Of a stretch of 64,000 nucleotides of DNA, positions 1 through 9,851 are shown piece after piece. Origin of the DNA: Candidatus Latescibacterota bacterium (GTDB taxonomy: Bacteria > Latescibacterota > UBA2968 > UBA8231); assembly GCA_965208105.1 (NCBI GenBank), contig OZ242318.1:160001-224000 (forward strand), given 5' to 3'. A program made the position numbers and the translations under genes. The number at the start of each line of letters is the position of its first letter. Position 1 is the first letter of the stretch. The notes beneath the pieces were generated by a model, which was given only the letters and a program-made list of their open reading frames with translations, had not been told where the DNA came from and searched no databases.

Positions 1-694
1 GGGACGCGGACCGGATATCTGGCTGGCTGGCGACCCCGATGATCTGCAGGAGTGGATGCCCCTGGGACCGGCCGGCATCGTCACCAACACCGTCGTGATC
101 AACCAGCTGATGCCCAAGTACGGGCAGGTGGTACACCTCATCGAGCGCTATCTGGCCATTACCGACAAGCCGGTGGTGGTCGAGATCGACGGCCACAGCA
201 CCGAGGAACTGCTCGAGGTCGGGCACGTCTTCACCGCGATGTCCGAACGCGTCATCCTCAAAATTCCCTGCACCCTCGACGGTCTGGCTGCTTTCCGGGC
301 CCTTTCCGACGAGGGCGTCGAGACCTTCTGCACCACGGTCTTCTCCCTCTCCCAGGCCGCCGTCGTCGCCCAGGCCGGCGTCGACCACATTCTTCCCTTT
401 TGCGAGCCGGTCAAGGAGATGGGCGGCGATCCCACCAGGCTGGTGCGCGAATGCGCCGCCATGTTCCGCGGCTGGGAGCGGCGCCCCTACATCATGGCCG
501 CCCTGGTGCGCTCGGTGGAGACGGCCTACGCGGCTCTGCGCGACGGCGCCGACGAGATCGTCATCTTCTGGGAGGTCTACCGGGACATGATGCAGCACCC
601 CCTGACCGATACCTGGAACAAGATCTTCATGGACGAGTGGGTCGCCATGCACGAGGCGGGCCAGTTGCAGGGGCTTCCTGTAAAGCTGGATTGA
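1..694 (+). CDS. Transaldolase/fructose-6-phosphate aldolase family protein, divergent, 5' truncated by window edge
   Basis: Frame is open from base 2. GIVTNT resembles GVTTNP, ILKIP carries the Schiff-base Lys, and TTVFSLSQA and AALVR match FSA/TalC-type motifs. Confidence 0.75.
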   Translation, partial: GRGPDIWLAGDPDDLQEWMPLGPAGIVTNTVVINQLMPKYGQVVHLIERYLAITDKPVVVEIDGHSTEELLEVGHVFTAMSERVILKIPCTLDGLAAFRALSDEGVETFCTTVFSLSQAAVVAQAGVDHILPFCEPVKEMGGDPTRLVRECAAMFRGWERRPYIMAALVRSVETAYAALRDGADEIVIFWEVYRDMMQHPLTDTWNKIFMDEWVAMHEAGQLQGLPVKLD

Positions 695-840
695 AGGGGA
701 AAGGTTCCGGCGGGGCATTGGCGGGCCAGGCAGGTGCCGGGCTCCGGAGTTGATCGGCTGCATGGATCACCAGGTAGGGGTCAACCCGGGGCAAAAGCAG
801 TCAGCATCGTCCGCATCCCTTCTGCATTCAGGGGCTGATT

Positions 841-3800
841 TCAGCCATCCCTCCGCGTTATCTCCACAACTTGGGCACCGACCTTCTCGAACATGTCCAC
901 GATGGTTCGATGACAGGTGAAGACCAGCACCTGGTTGGTCTGCGCCAGCTCCGAGAAAGCCTGTGCGGCCAGGCGGGCGCGCTCGGAGTCGAAGTTCACC
1001 AGGGCTTCGTCAACGACCACGGGAAGCCGCTCGGCGTGTTCGCCGAACTCCCGGATCAGTCCGAAGCGCAGGGCCAGGTAGAGCTGCTCGCGGGTGCCGC
1101 GGCTGAGCTCGGCGGGCTGTTTGTCACCTCCGTCGGCGGCGGTTACTGTAATGGTCTGCTCGCCGATGGGGACGTAGAGGCGCTGATAGCGGTCTCCGGT
1201 GATTCTGGAGAAGGAGGCCTGGGCATGCCGGATGACGCTGGGCTGGCGTTCCCGCTCGAACTTCTTCTGCGTCCTTTCCAGCAGGGCCTCGGCGAGGGTG
1301 AGCCGCGACCACTCGCCGGCGTGTTCCAGCAGTTGCTCCTGCAGGGCGCTGCGGCGGATGCGCAGGGCCGACGATTCTTCTTCGCTTGACAGTTGCATCA
1401 GCTCGGTGTCAATGCCGCCGCGCTCTTCCCGCAGCCCGTTGCACCGATTTTCGACTTCGCCCATACTCTCCGACAGCCGGGCGGATTCTTCCCGCATCCG
1501 GTTGGGGTCCGAGGTTGCCATCGAGTCGCAATAGGCGCCGAACCTGTCGGCGGGCCCGCTGATGCGCTCCAGGCCGCGGCGGTGCTCAGCCCGCTGCCGC
1601 TCCAGTTTCAGCCTCTCTTCATGCTGCCGCGCGCGGCGGCGAAACTCCTCGGGGTTGTCGCTGCCTCCCGCGGCCAGCAGTTCGGCTAGCACCTGCTCCT
1701 CTGATTGCAAACGCCGCTGCCGGTTTTCCAACAGTTGCCGGAGCTCATTCTCCAGTTTCCTGGCCTGTTCCCTGTGGGAAACCGCCGCTTGAGTCTCTTC
1801 ATACTGCCCGATGAGCTCGTCGGCAACGGAGGCCAGTTGGCCCAGGTCGTCAGGGTTGAGCGGCAGGCCGTGCCGCCGGGAAAGCGGCTCCACCTGCTCG
1901 CGGAACTCCTGGATGTCTTTTTCGATGGCCGCCACCCGGTCGCGCATGCGGCGGGCTTCGGCCAGGGAGCTGCGGGTGGTTTCGACGCGGGCGAGAAAGG
2001 TGGCCATGGCCTCCGGGGTCAATGACTGGTCCAGACGGCGCTCTCCGAGCCAGTTCCTCCATTCCTGCTGAATTTCCTGCGAAGACGCTTTCCCCTCTTC
2101 CTGATTCTGGACTGCGGTTTCCACCCGCTTTTCCTGCGCCTTCTCCCGGCGGCAGGCGTCCTCTACCCTCACCCTGGCCGCGTTCCACGAATCCAGCGCG
2201 TCTCGAGCGGTTTCCTGGTGAGCTTCCACCGAATCCAGGGCGGCGGCGTCCGGTTGCTCTGCAAGGTTTAGAGCAGCCGCCGATTTCAGCAGCGCCTGGC
2301 GCGCAGTTTCCGCCGCGGCTTCCTCGTCCGCAATCCGCTGGCGTATGGCGCTGGTCATTGGAGACCGCGCCGAACCAGGTACGGTCCTTCCTGCGAACCA
2401 AAGCACGGCCGCTGCGGCCACCAGGACCAACCCGGAGACCATTCCCATGAGCATGGAATCTCCGCCACGCAGCAATCCGCCTGTAAACAGCAGAATCCCT
2501 GTCAGCACGAGGCCGATTAGGAGAAGAGGATGTGGCCGCCCCCCGGCCCTTGCTGGGGTTTCCATGCTGGCTGCCAGGGCATCTTCCTGACCTTGCAGGT
2601 TTTGGAGGTTCTGGCGTCGTCTCTCGTACTCTGCCAATCGCCCCCTGGTGGCGCGCAGGTGGTCCTGACCTTCCCTGAGCGGCTTGTCGTCCAGGGGCGG
2701 CGGTTCCCGGGGCAGCTTGTCCCGGGCTTCCCGGGTTTCCTCCTGGCGGTCCTGCAGCGCTCGACACTCCTGCTCCAGTTGAAGCTGCGCTTGCCGGGCG
2801 CGTTCGTCGCTTTCGGTTACCTGCAGCCTCCAGCGGTCCACCTGGTTGCGCACCGGGAGGGAGGCATCGAAAGACAGCAGTTCGGTTTCGTCCCAGCCGT
2901 GTCCCAGGTCGGTTAGGTTGTTGGCGAAGTCGGCTTCCATTCCCCGCAGCTCCCCCTGGCGTTCCGGCAGGTCGCGGACGGAGTTGTCGAAGCTGCTGCG
3001 GGCCCGGCGGATTGATTCAACGCGCTCGCGGTCATCCAGCAACTCTTCTCCGGATATTTCCTCGGCTGCGGCTTCGCTGGCAAGCCGGAGTTGGTCAGCG
3101 GCTTCGTCCCGGTCGACACGGGCTTGCCGATCCCGATCCTCCAGGCTGTCCAGGCGGGGGATGGGGTCGTCCGGGAAGTCAACGTGCCGGGGCAGATCCC
3201 TCAGTCGCCTTTCGCAGTCCGAGAACGCCACCCAGTCGTCCCAGCCGTCAAGCCGGCGGTCGATTCCGTCGAGCTCGGCCTTGAGTCGGGTGAGCTCGGC
3301 GTCGGCGTCGCGCAGCTCCGCTTCAATCCCGGACTTGCGGGCGGTCAACCGGGGGTAGCGTTCGGCGTTTCCCCCGATGTCCCGAAGTTGCTCGTCGATG
3401 TCCCTCAGCATGCCGAGCAGTCCGGGGACGGCCCGATCGGTGCCGCGGCCCCGGCTCAGGTAGATCGTGTCCTTGCGGTCTCTGAGGGCCTTCCAGAGCG
3501 CCGGCAGTCCGGGCGCGCCCTGTCCGGCGCTGTATATGGTTCCACTGGAATCGTTGAGCGAAGCGGCCGCCTGCAGCTCATCGAGGCTGAAGGCGAATAC
3601 GTTGTGGAAGAGGTCCCGGCTGGCGTTGCCGGTGAGCCGCTGCAAAACGGCTTCGGGGTGGGATGCGGGTCCGTGCGGAGTGTCGATCTTCAAGCCGCCC
3701 CGCGCGCCGGCGTAGCGTTCAACCAGGTAGGAGACCCCGGCGCCGTCGGACAGTGAGATCCGCCCCCCGTGCCGACCCTCTGCCGGGGGGGGATAATGAT

Positions 3801-3969
3801 TGCCGTATCTGGCCGGAAAACCGAAGAGTATGGCCCGGACGAAGGCCAGCAGAGTGCTTTTCCCTGCTTCATTGGGACCGTAGAAAACCGTCACAGGTCC
3901 CACCAGCGGGCCTATGCTGCGCTGGTAGAAGTGACCGAAGCCGTCCAGGTAGAACTCTTCTATTCTCAC
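841..3969 (-). CDS. YhaN-like AAA_27 SMC/Rad50-type coiled-coil ATPase
   Basis: GTG start at 3969 overlaps the upstream stop (GTGA). Walker A GPNEAGKST, long coiled coil with a central hydrophobic pair, signature LSRGTREQ, Walker B VVVDEALVNFD. Confidence 0.88.
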   Translation of the reverse strand: MRIEEFYLDGFGHFYQRSIGPLVGPVTVFYGPNEAGKSTLLAFVRAILFGFPARYGNHYPPPAEGRHGGRISLSDGAGVSYLVERYAGARGGLKIDTPHGPASHPEAVLQRLTGNASRDLFHNVFAFSLDELQAAASLNDSSGTIYSAGQGAPGLPALWKALRDRKDTIYLSRGRGTDRAVPGLLGMLRDIDEQLRDIGGNAERYPRLTARKSGIEAELRDADAELTRLKAELDGIDRRLDGWDDWVAFSDCERRLRDLPRHVDFPDDPIPRLDSLEDRDRQARVDRDEAADQLRLASEAAAEEISGEELLDDRERVESIRRARSSFDNSVRDLPERQGELRGMEADFANNLTDLGHGWDETELLSFDASLPVRNQVDRWRLQVTESDERARQAQLQLEQECRALQDRQEETREARDKLPREPPPLDDKPLREGQDHLRATRGRLAEYERRRQNLQNLQGQEDALAASMETPARAGGRPHPLLLIGLVLTGILLFTGGLLRGGDSMLMGMVSGLVLVAAAAVLWFAGRTVPGSARSPMTSAIRQRIADEEAAAETARQALLKSAAALNLAEQPDAAALDSVEAHQETARDALDSWNAARVRVEDACRREKAQEKRVETAVQNQEEGKASSQEIQQEWRNWLGERRLDQSLTPEAMATFLARVETTRSSLAEARRMRDRVAAIEKDIQEFREQVEPLSRRHGLPLNPDDLGQLASVADELIGQYEETQAAVSHREQARKLENELRQLLENRQRRLQSEEQVLAELLAAGGSDNPEEFRRRARQHEERLKLERQRAEHRRGLERISGPADRFGAYCDSMATSDPNRMREESARLSESMGEVENRCNGLREERGGIDTELMQLSSEEESSALRIRRSALQEQLLEHAGEWSRLTLAEALLERTQKKFERERQPSVIRHAQASFSRITGDRYQRLYVPIGEQTITVTAADGGDKQPAELSRGTREQLYLALRFGLIREFGEHAERLPVVVDEALVNFDSERARLAAQAFSELAQTNQVLVFTCHRTIVDMFEKVGAQVVEITRRDG

Positions 3970-5243
3970 CCTTCGTCCTTTTCGTTCACCAGCGCGGCCA
4001 GGCACTCGTACTCGGCGGCGGTCAAGAGTTCCCGGAGCTGGTCGTCCGAGGGCAGATAGTTGCGCAGATAGGGGGCGGCGTTGGAGTTCAGGTAGAGCGG
4101 TCGCAGGGCGTCCCGCAGTTCGTCGAGAGCGCCGGGATCTTTCCGCAGCTCCTCGGCGATGCGGCCCAGGTAGCCGGGGAAGTCCTCGCGCCTCGCCACC
4201 TGCTCGCGGTCCACCGGCGACGCGGTTTCGAGCTGAATACGCTCGCACCAGAGCCAGGGCCGGCCAGCGGCGTACTGCTGGTTCAGCCGCTCCAGAAGGT
4301 CGGCCGTGATTCCTTCACGGCGAAGCTCTCGATGCAGCGTTCCCCGGCCGGTGATGGTCAGACGGAAGACCAAAGAACGGCCTCCGGCACCCTTGGCGCA
4401 GGATGAGGCGGCGGCGTCCATGGCATTCAGCAGTTCCTGCTCCGTATCCAGCCCGGTGATGTCGACTTCCAGGCTTTCCCACCGCACCAGGTCCACCGGG
4501 CGGAACTCGAGGTGCGGCGTGCCGTGGTCGTCCACTTCCACCAGGTAGACGCCGCGCGCTCCTGTTTCGTCGGGACTGCATCCCTGGGGATTGCCGGGAT
4601 AGACCACCGCGGGATGTTCCTGCCGCAGTTCCTGCCGGGTATGGACGTGGCCCAGGGCCCAGTAGTCCATGGGGGAGTTGGCCAGATCGGCCAGGGAGCA
4701 GGGGGCATGTGGGCTGTGGCCAGGGTTGCCGCCGACGTCGGGGTGCAGCAGCCCGATGTTGAACCGGGACCGAGGCAGCTCCCGGAATCTCAGCGCCAGG
4801 TTCTCGTGTACCTCGCGCTGCGGGTAGCTGATGCCGTACACCCTCGCCCGTTCCGGTTCCTCCGGGAACACCGGCTCCCCAGTGACCTCGGGGCCGAAGC
4901 GCACGCAGCCGCCAGGCAGCTCGAACCGCGCTTCCCAGCCGTCCAGCGGGTCGTGGTTGCCGTGGCAGATGAAAGAGCGGACGCCGGCTTCATCCAGGCG
5001 TTTCAGCCCGTCGCCGAATTTCAACTGCGCCCTCAGGCTGCGGTCGGCGCTGTCGTATGCGTCCCCTGCGATGAGCAGCGCGTCGACCTGCTCCTCGATG
5101 CACAGGTCGATGATGTTCGCGTAGGCGTCGAAGGTGGCGCGACAGAGATCGTCCGCAACGTGCTCCGGCGCCTCACGGCTCATGCCGACGAACGGGCTGT
5201 CCAGGTGGAGGTCGGCGGCGTGGACGAACTTGAGTGATGGCAT
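3966..5243 (-). CDS. YhaO-like Mre11/SbcD metallophosphoesterase (DNA repair exonuclease)
   Basis: ADLHLD, AGD, GNHD and ALGHVH motifs; ATG at 5243; translationally coupled to the ATPase. Confidence 0.9.
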   Translation of the reverse strand: MPSLKFVHAADLHLDSPFVGMSREAPEHVADDLCRATFDAYANIIDLCIEEQVDALLIAGDAYDSADRSLRAQLKFGDGLKRLDEAGVRSFICHGNHDPLDGWEARFELPGGCVRFGPEVTGEPVFPEEPERARVYGISYPQREVHENLALRFRELPRSRFNIGLLHPDVGGNPGHSPHAPCSLADLANSPMDYWALGHVHTRQELRQEHPAVVYPGNPQGCSPDETGARGVYLVEVDDHGTPHLEFRPVDLVRWESLEVDITGLDTEQELLNAMDAAASSCAKGAGGRSLVFRLTITGRGTLHRELRREGITADLLERLNQQYAAGRPWLWCERIQLETASPVDREQVARREDFPGYLGRIAEELRKDPGALDELRDALRPLYLNSNAAPYLRNYLPSDDQLRELLTAAEYECLAALVNEKDEG

Positions 5244-5432
5244 GGTCGAGGTGGACTTTCCGGGACTGATAGACGGCAGGCCGTCGTCCGATCTATGGGC
5301 CGCAGGTGCCGGCGGGTCTCCAGGTTCCTTGCCGGTGGACACCTTCATCCGGCAGTTTCGGGGCAGCGCCGGGAACACTCGCCGGCGTCCCGCAAGCCCG
5401 GCCCTGGGAAGAACCGGCACGGAGGACAGCTA

Positions 5433-5594
5433 GTGTCCCGCCGCAGAAATATGTCGCCATTATTCCGCCGATCCTTCCCGGCTCACGGCGTTGCCTTCAC
5501 TCGCCGTACACCACTGGTACGACTCGCTCAGGCGCCTTGTGAGCCGGGCGCCTCGGCGGCCCAATTTCGTCAACCTATCTCTGCGGCGGGACAC
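5433..5594 (+). mobile_element. MITE-like repeat, family A copy 1 (162 bp)
   Basis: Perfect 15-bp TIR GTGTCCCGCCGCAGA/TCTGCGGCGGGACAC flanked by TA on both sides (CTAG context). Near-identical copies at 21725, 45837 and 49196. Confidence 0.88.
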
Positions 5595-5959
5595 TAGCAT
5601 AAAGCAGCCTGGCGGGAGTGGTGTCAAGCTTGCCGCAGGCACTTTCGATGGAATCAGTAATTTGGGAGCCCGGGGACGCGCTGCGGGCGCCGGCCTGGGT
5701 CCGCCGGTCATCGGCAAGACCCCGCGCCGAGGCGATACCCGATATCATTCATCAATGAACGGGTCCACCTGTTGCCGTGCAGGTTTTTTTGCTTAGTTCT
5801 GGTCCTGGCCATGGGGCGTCGGGCGGCGCCGGGGGTTGTCTTCTCCCGCCCTGGGAAATGGACGTGCCCGGAGGTTGCTCCAGGTCGAGGTTATCTCGCG
5901 AACAGGATCCCTCGCACCCGGGAAGTCCGTTCCGCACCCGTTGAACGAGGTCCGAACTC

Positions 5960-6979
5960 TTGGAAACAGGCCCGCAATACGTCGACGTGGTACCCGGTGA
6001 CGAGACCAACATGCGCACCGGCGAGGCGGATATCGTCCGCAGCCGGGATGGCAGCCTGTTCATGGCCTACACCCACTTCCGCTCCTGGGAGGACGATGCG
6101 GGAGCACGCATTCTCAGCCGCCGCTCCGGCGACGGCGGGCGCTCGTGGAGCGAACCCAGGCTGGTGGTGGAGAACGAGGGCCGGCGGAACGTCGCCTCGG
6201 TGAGCATGCTGAAACTGGGTCCGGACCGTCTCCTGCTTTTCTACCAGCGCCAGGATTCACCGCGGTCGTGCACCATCTGCCTTCGAGTGTCGGCGGACGA
6301 GGGAAAGACCTTCGGTCCGGCGGATTTTCTGACATCCTCCGAGCGCCACCACTGTCTCTGCAACGACAGCGCTCTGTGTCTTTCCAGCGGCCGCCTGCTG
6401 CTGCCCTGTGATCTCAAGGTGGAGAAGCCCGGGGAAGCCCGCAAGCTGGAGGCGGGGTGCCTGTATTCCGACGACGAGGGCGCTTCGTGGCTGTCGAGCA
6501 ACACGGTGTTCGCGCCCCGGTCAGGTGCCATGGAGCCCAAGGTGGTGGAGCTCAGGGACGGAAGGCTGTGGATGCTGTTGCGCACCGACCAGGGCACCCT
6601 GTACCAGTCCTACTCGGAGGATGGGGGCGAGCGCTGGGGCGAGACCGCATCCTCGGGCATCGCGGCGCCCCAGGCCCCCTTCGTATTGCAGCGCATCCCG
6701 GCGACGGGGGACCTCCTCCTCGTGCGCAATCCCACCGTCGACCTGGGGCACCACCACCAGGGAATGCGCACCCCGCTGACCTCCACCGTTTCTTCCGACG
6801 AGGGCAACAGCTGGGGGCACGCAAAGGAGCTGGAGTCGGATCGTTCCCTGGCCTACAGCTACGCCAGCCTGAGTTTTTTCGGCGCCACCGCCCTCCTTAG
6901 CTACTACGTGGAGCTCCTGGACCGGCCCATTCATACCCTGCGGGTAACCCGGGTGCCGGTGGATTGGTTTTACCGGTAG
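5960..6979 (+). CDS. Sialidase/BNR (Asp-box) repeat protein
   Basis: Five Asp-boxes: SGDGGRSW, SADEGKTF, SDDEGASW, SEDGGERW, SSDEGNSW. Start codon uncertain. Confidence 0.8.
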   Translation: METGPQYVDVVPGDETNMRTGEADIVRSRDGSLFMAYTHFRSWEDDAGARILSRRSGDGGRSWSEPRLVVENEGRRNVASVSMLKLGPDRLLLFYQRQDSPRSCTICLRVSADEGKTFGPADFLTSSERHHCLCNDSALCLSSGRLLLPCDLKVEKPGEARKLEAGCLYSDDEGASWLSSNTVFAPRSGAMEPKVVELRDGRLWMLLRTDQGTLYQSYSEDGGERWGETASSGIAAPQAPFVLQRIPATGDLLLVRNPTVDLGHHHQGMRTPLTSTVSSDEGNSWGHAKELESDRSLAYSYASLSFFGATALLSYYVELLDRPIHTLRVTRVPVDWFYR

Positions 6980-7019
6980 TGGGACGGCTCTTGGATTCGA
7001 AAACAGGAAGAGGCAGGTA

Positions 7020-8186
7020 GTGATTGAACACTTCGATTACTTCTTCGGGGGCCACGTGGAGATGACGGACCTGGGATTCGATGGCCTGCGCGTCGACGAC
7101 CGCGTCGAGACCGACGACCACCTGGCCACCGTGTTCGACGAGGCCCTTTCCCTGGCCCGGCTCATGGAGCCCCTCAACTACGATACCCTTTGGCTGGCGG
7201 AGCACCACTTTCAGCGCGAGGGCTACGGCGGTATCGCCAACATACCCCTGCTGAGCGTCTGGCTCGCCGGCAAGACCGAGCGCCTCAAGTTCGGCGCCAT
7301 GTTCAACACGGTGCCGGCCTGGCATCCCCTGAGACTGGCCGAAGACTATGCCGCCGCCGACATCCTGACCGGGGGACGGGTGCGCTTCGGCATCGGGCGC
7401 GGCTACATCAACCGCGAGGTGGAGACCCTGGGATCGCCCCTGGACGACGACGAGGCCAACCGCGAAATGTTCGAAGAACAGGTGGAGATCATCTTCAAAG
7501 CCTGGAACCAGCCCAGGTTCTCACACGGCGGCAAATATTACAATCTTCCGCCGGACCTGGTCTACCGCGAGCGCAGGCTGAAGGACCTGACCCTGGTGCC
7601 GCGTCCGCGCAACCTCCCGGTGGAGTGCTGGCAGCCCATCTTCAGCGTCAGCCCGCGCGGCATCGACTTCATGATGAAGCACGGAATCAAGGGAGTCGTT
7701 CCGGGAGGCGGCCGGACCGAGGAGATCGCCCGCAGGTGGCAGGAGGGACAGGCGGCTCGGGGGCGCCGCACCGAGATGGGTGAAGACCTGGAGCTGGTGC
7801 TGCAGGTGATCATGGCCCACAGCGAGGAGCAGGCCATCGAGGAGAGCACGCCGTGGTTCGAGGAGCAGCTCAAGGTGCTTTCGCCCCTGGGCAGGATGCC
7901 CTTCCTCAAGCGCGAGCAGATTCTCGCCACCTACGATCCGCAGGCGGCGCCCGCAGCCGGCCTGCCCACGGTGCGCGACCTGTGCCGCGAAGGGGCATGG
8001 ATCTGCGGGCCGCCGGACCACGTCTACGAGCGCATCTGCGCCTACCAGGAGATGCTGCCGGGGATGAAGCGCATTGCGGTGGGAGCCGGGGCCCTGGCGA
8101 TTCCGCCCAGCGTGCTCAGGAGGAACATCGAGTGGTTCGGCAGGGAAGTGCTGCCGCGGTTCGGCGGGGCGGGGTCCCGCGGGTGA
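7020..8186 (+). CDS. LLM-class (luciferase-like) flavin-dependent oxidoreductase
   Basis: WLAEHHF, HPLRLAED and GRVRFGIGRGY motifs; C-terminal FGREVLP. Confidence 0.88.
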   Translation: MIEHFDYFFGGHVEMTDLGFDGLRVDDRVETDDHLATVFDEALSLARLMEPLNYDTLWLAEHHFQREGYGGIANIPLLSVWLAGKTERLKFGAMFNTVPAWHPLRLAEDYAAADILTGGRVRFGIGRGYINREVETLGSPLDDDEANREMFEEQVEIIFKAWNQPRFSHGGKYYNLPPDLVYRERRLKDLTLVPRPRNLPVECWQPIFSVSPRGIDFMMKHGIKGVVPGGGRTEEIARRWQEGQAARGRRTEMGEDLELVLQVIMAHSEEQAIEESTPWFEEQLKVLSPLGRMPFLKREQILATYDPQAAPAAGLPTVRDLCREGAWICGPPDHVYERICAYQEMLPGMKRIAVGAGALAIPPSVLRRNIEWFGREVLPRFGGAGSRG

Positions 8187-8252
8187 GACATCAGCTCCGC
8201 TTGACGCTGATGGACAAGGCCGATGCGGGCTTCGCTCCCCAAGCCGTCCCAT

Positions 8253-9614
8253 TCATCTCGAGTAGGGAACCGATCCGACGTGGTCTACTTCATATCCCCA
8301 CTCCTCGAGATAGTACTCCTTTTCCCGGAAGGGATCTCCTATTCCTTCCAGTCGCCGCGCCAGCTCCTGCTCCAGTTCCCGCTGCAATTTCGCCGTCTCG
8401 GGCCTGTCCGCAAGGTTTTCGAGCTGGTAGGGATCGCTGACATCGTCGAAGAGGTAACGGCGGTCTTCGCTGGTCCGCACCAGGGTATGGCGGCTGGTGC
8501 GCACGGCGCGGTAGGGGGGATCGAGACAATTCAACGGGCTGAAGGGCGACACGCTCATGTAGAGCGCGCAATGGCCTTCGCGTTCCTCCTGGTCTCGAAC
8601 GCACCCCGACAGATCCTCCCCTTCCACCGCGGCGGGAATCTTCAGCCCGCATAGACCCAGCAGGGTCGGCATGATGTCCACCGTGCCCAGGGGGGTCATC
8701 ACCCGGCGCCCCCGGCAACCGGAGGTGAGAGGGGGGTAGCGCAGCAGGAAGGGCACCCGGCAGGACTCATCCCAGAAGGTCTGCTTTTTTCGGGGCCTCA
8801 TGCGGTGCGACCCCAGCATGTCCCCGTGGTCGGAGGTGAAAACGAGGATGGTGTTTTCTTCCAATCGGTTAGCCCTCAGGGTCTCGACCACCTCACCCAC
8901 GCACCTGTCGAGGGCGGCGATGTGGGCGTAGTGGCCTGCCGTTTCCTTGCGGGTATAGGCTTCGAACTCCGCATCGTCGAATTTGACGTTGGGTGAAAAG
9001 GCGATGCCCTCCGGCGAAAACATCGCCTGAAATTCGGCTGGCGCGTTGTCGTGGGGAAAATGGGGCGGGCCCAGCGACAGGACCAGGAAGAAGGGCTTGT
9101 CCGCGCGTTGCTTCACGTAGGCACAGGCGTCGCCCGTCTGGGCAAAAGCGTCATAGCCGGGCCAGGTCCTTATCTCGGGGTCGTCCCCGTCGTAGTATTC
9201 CGAGTTCTGGTAGTCGTGGGTGCACTCCAGGGCCTTCCAGTAATCGAACCCCTGCCGCCGCTCGGGAGGGATATAGCTGGCGCGGCCGTGTCCATCCACG
9301 TGCCATTTGCCGATGTAGGCCGTATCATAGCCAGCTTCCTTGAAGGCCTTGCCGATTCCTTCCTCGTCGGGCGACAGCGGCACGTCGTTCATGAACATGC
9401 CCGTGGTGGTGGGGTAGCGTCCCGTCAGCAGCGCCGCGCGCGCCGGTGTACAGACGGGGGAGGTGGCAATGGCATTGGCGAAACTCACCGACTCGGAGGC
9501 AAGGCGATCTATATTTGGGGTTTGGGCATTCGGATCGCCGTTGTAGCCGGTGGCTTTGGCGCGCCATTGATCCGTCAGTATGTAGACTACGTTGGGTCTT
9601 TCGCTGCTGGACAT
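8253..9614 (-). CDS. Sulfatase (formylglycine-dependent, Cys type)
   Basis: PNVVYILTDQ, CTPARAALLTG (CxPxR), GKWH and FTSDHG motifs; ATG at 9614. Confidence 0.92.
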   Translation of the reverse strand: MSSSERPNVVYILTDQWRAKATGYNGDPNAQTPNIDRLASESVSFANAIATSPVCTPARAALLTGRYPTTTGMFMNDVPLSPDEEGIGKAFKEAGYDTAYIGKWHVDGHGRASYIPPERRQGFDYWKALECTHDYQNSEYYDGDDPEIRTWPGYDAFAQTGDACAYVKQRADKPFFLVLSLGPPHFPHDNAPAEFQAMFSPEGIAFSPNVKFDDAEFEAYTRKETAGHYAHIAALDRCVGEVVETLRANRLEENTILVFTSDHGDMLGSHRMRPRKKQTFWDESCRVPFLLRYPPLTSGCRGRRVMTPLGTVDIMPTLLGLCGLKIPAAVEGEDLSGCVRDQEEREGHCALYMSVSPFSPLNCLDPPYRAVRTSRHTLVRTSEDRRYLFDDVSDPYQLENLADRPETAKLQRELEQELARRLEGIGDPFREKEYYLEEWGYEVDHVGSVPYSR

Positions 9615-9851
9615 TACATTCTCCCCATCGGTCAGATACCCGGGGTCTGACGGTTCATCCCGAAGATGGCGAGTTCGCTGCCCGCCCGGGTGACTCCGGG
9701 GGCGCAGAATCATTGCCCGTTGGTCCCCTGGGGGCGGAAAACATACCCACTCGGAAACCGATTGGCCAGCGTCAGCCCAGCTCGTCTCTGCCAGTGACGC
9801 ACATTGCCGGCGGCAAGTCAGGCTTTCACCCTCAGCGATGGAGATGCAGCC

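Noticed and set aside
3970-4248. N-terminal extensions in the ORF track (also at 10019, 13838, 18154, 54500, 56578)
   Set aside because: They overlap neighbouring genes or precede the family N-terminal motif; downstream starts with an RBS or stop-start coupling fit better.
5600-5800. Possible riboswitch/attenuator ending in ACCTG-N8-CAGGT-T-run
   Set aside because: The stem is only about 5 bp and no aptamer consensus was recognised; needs an Rfam scan.
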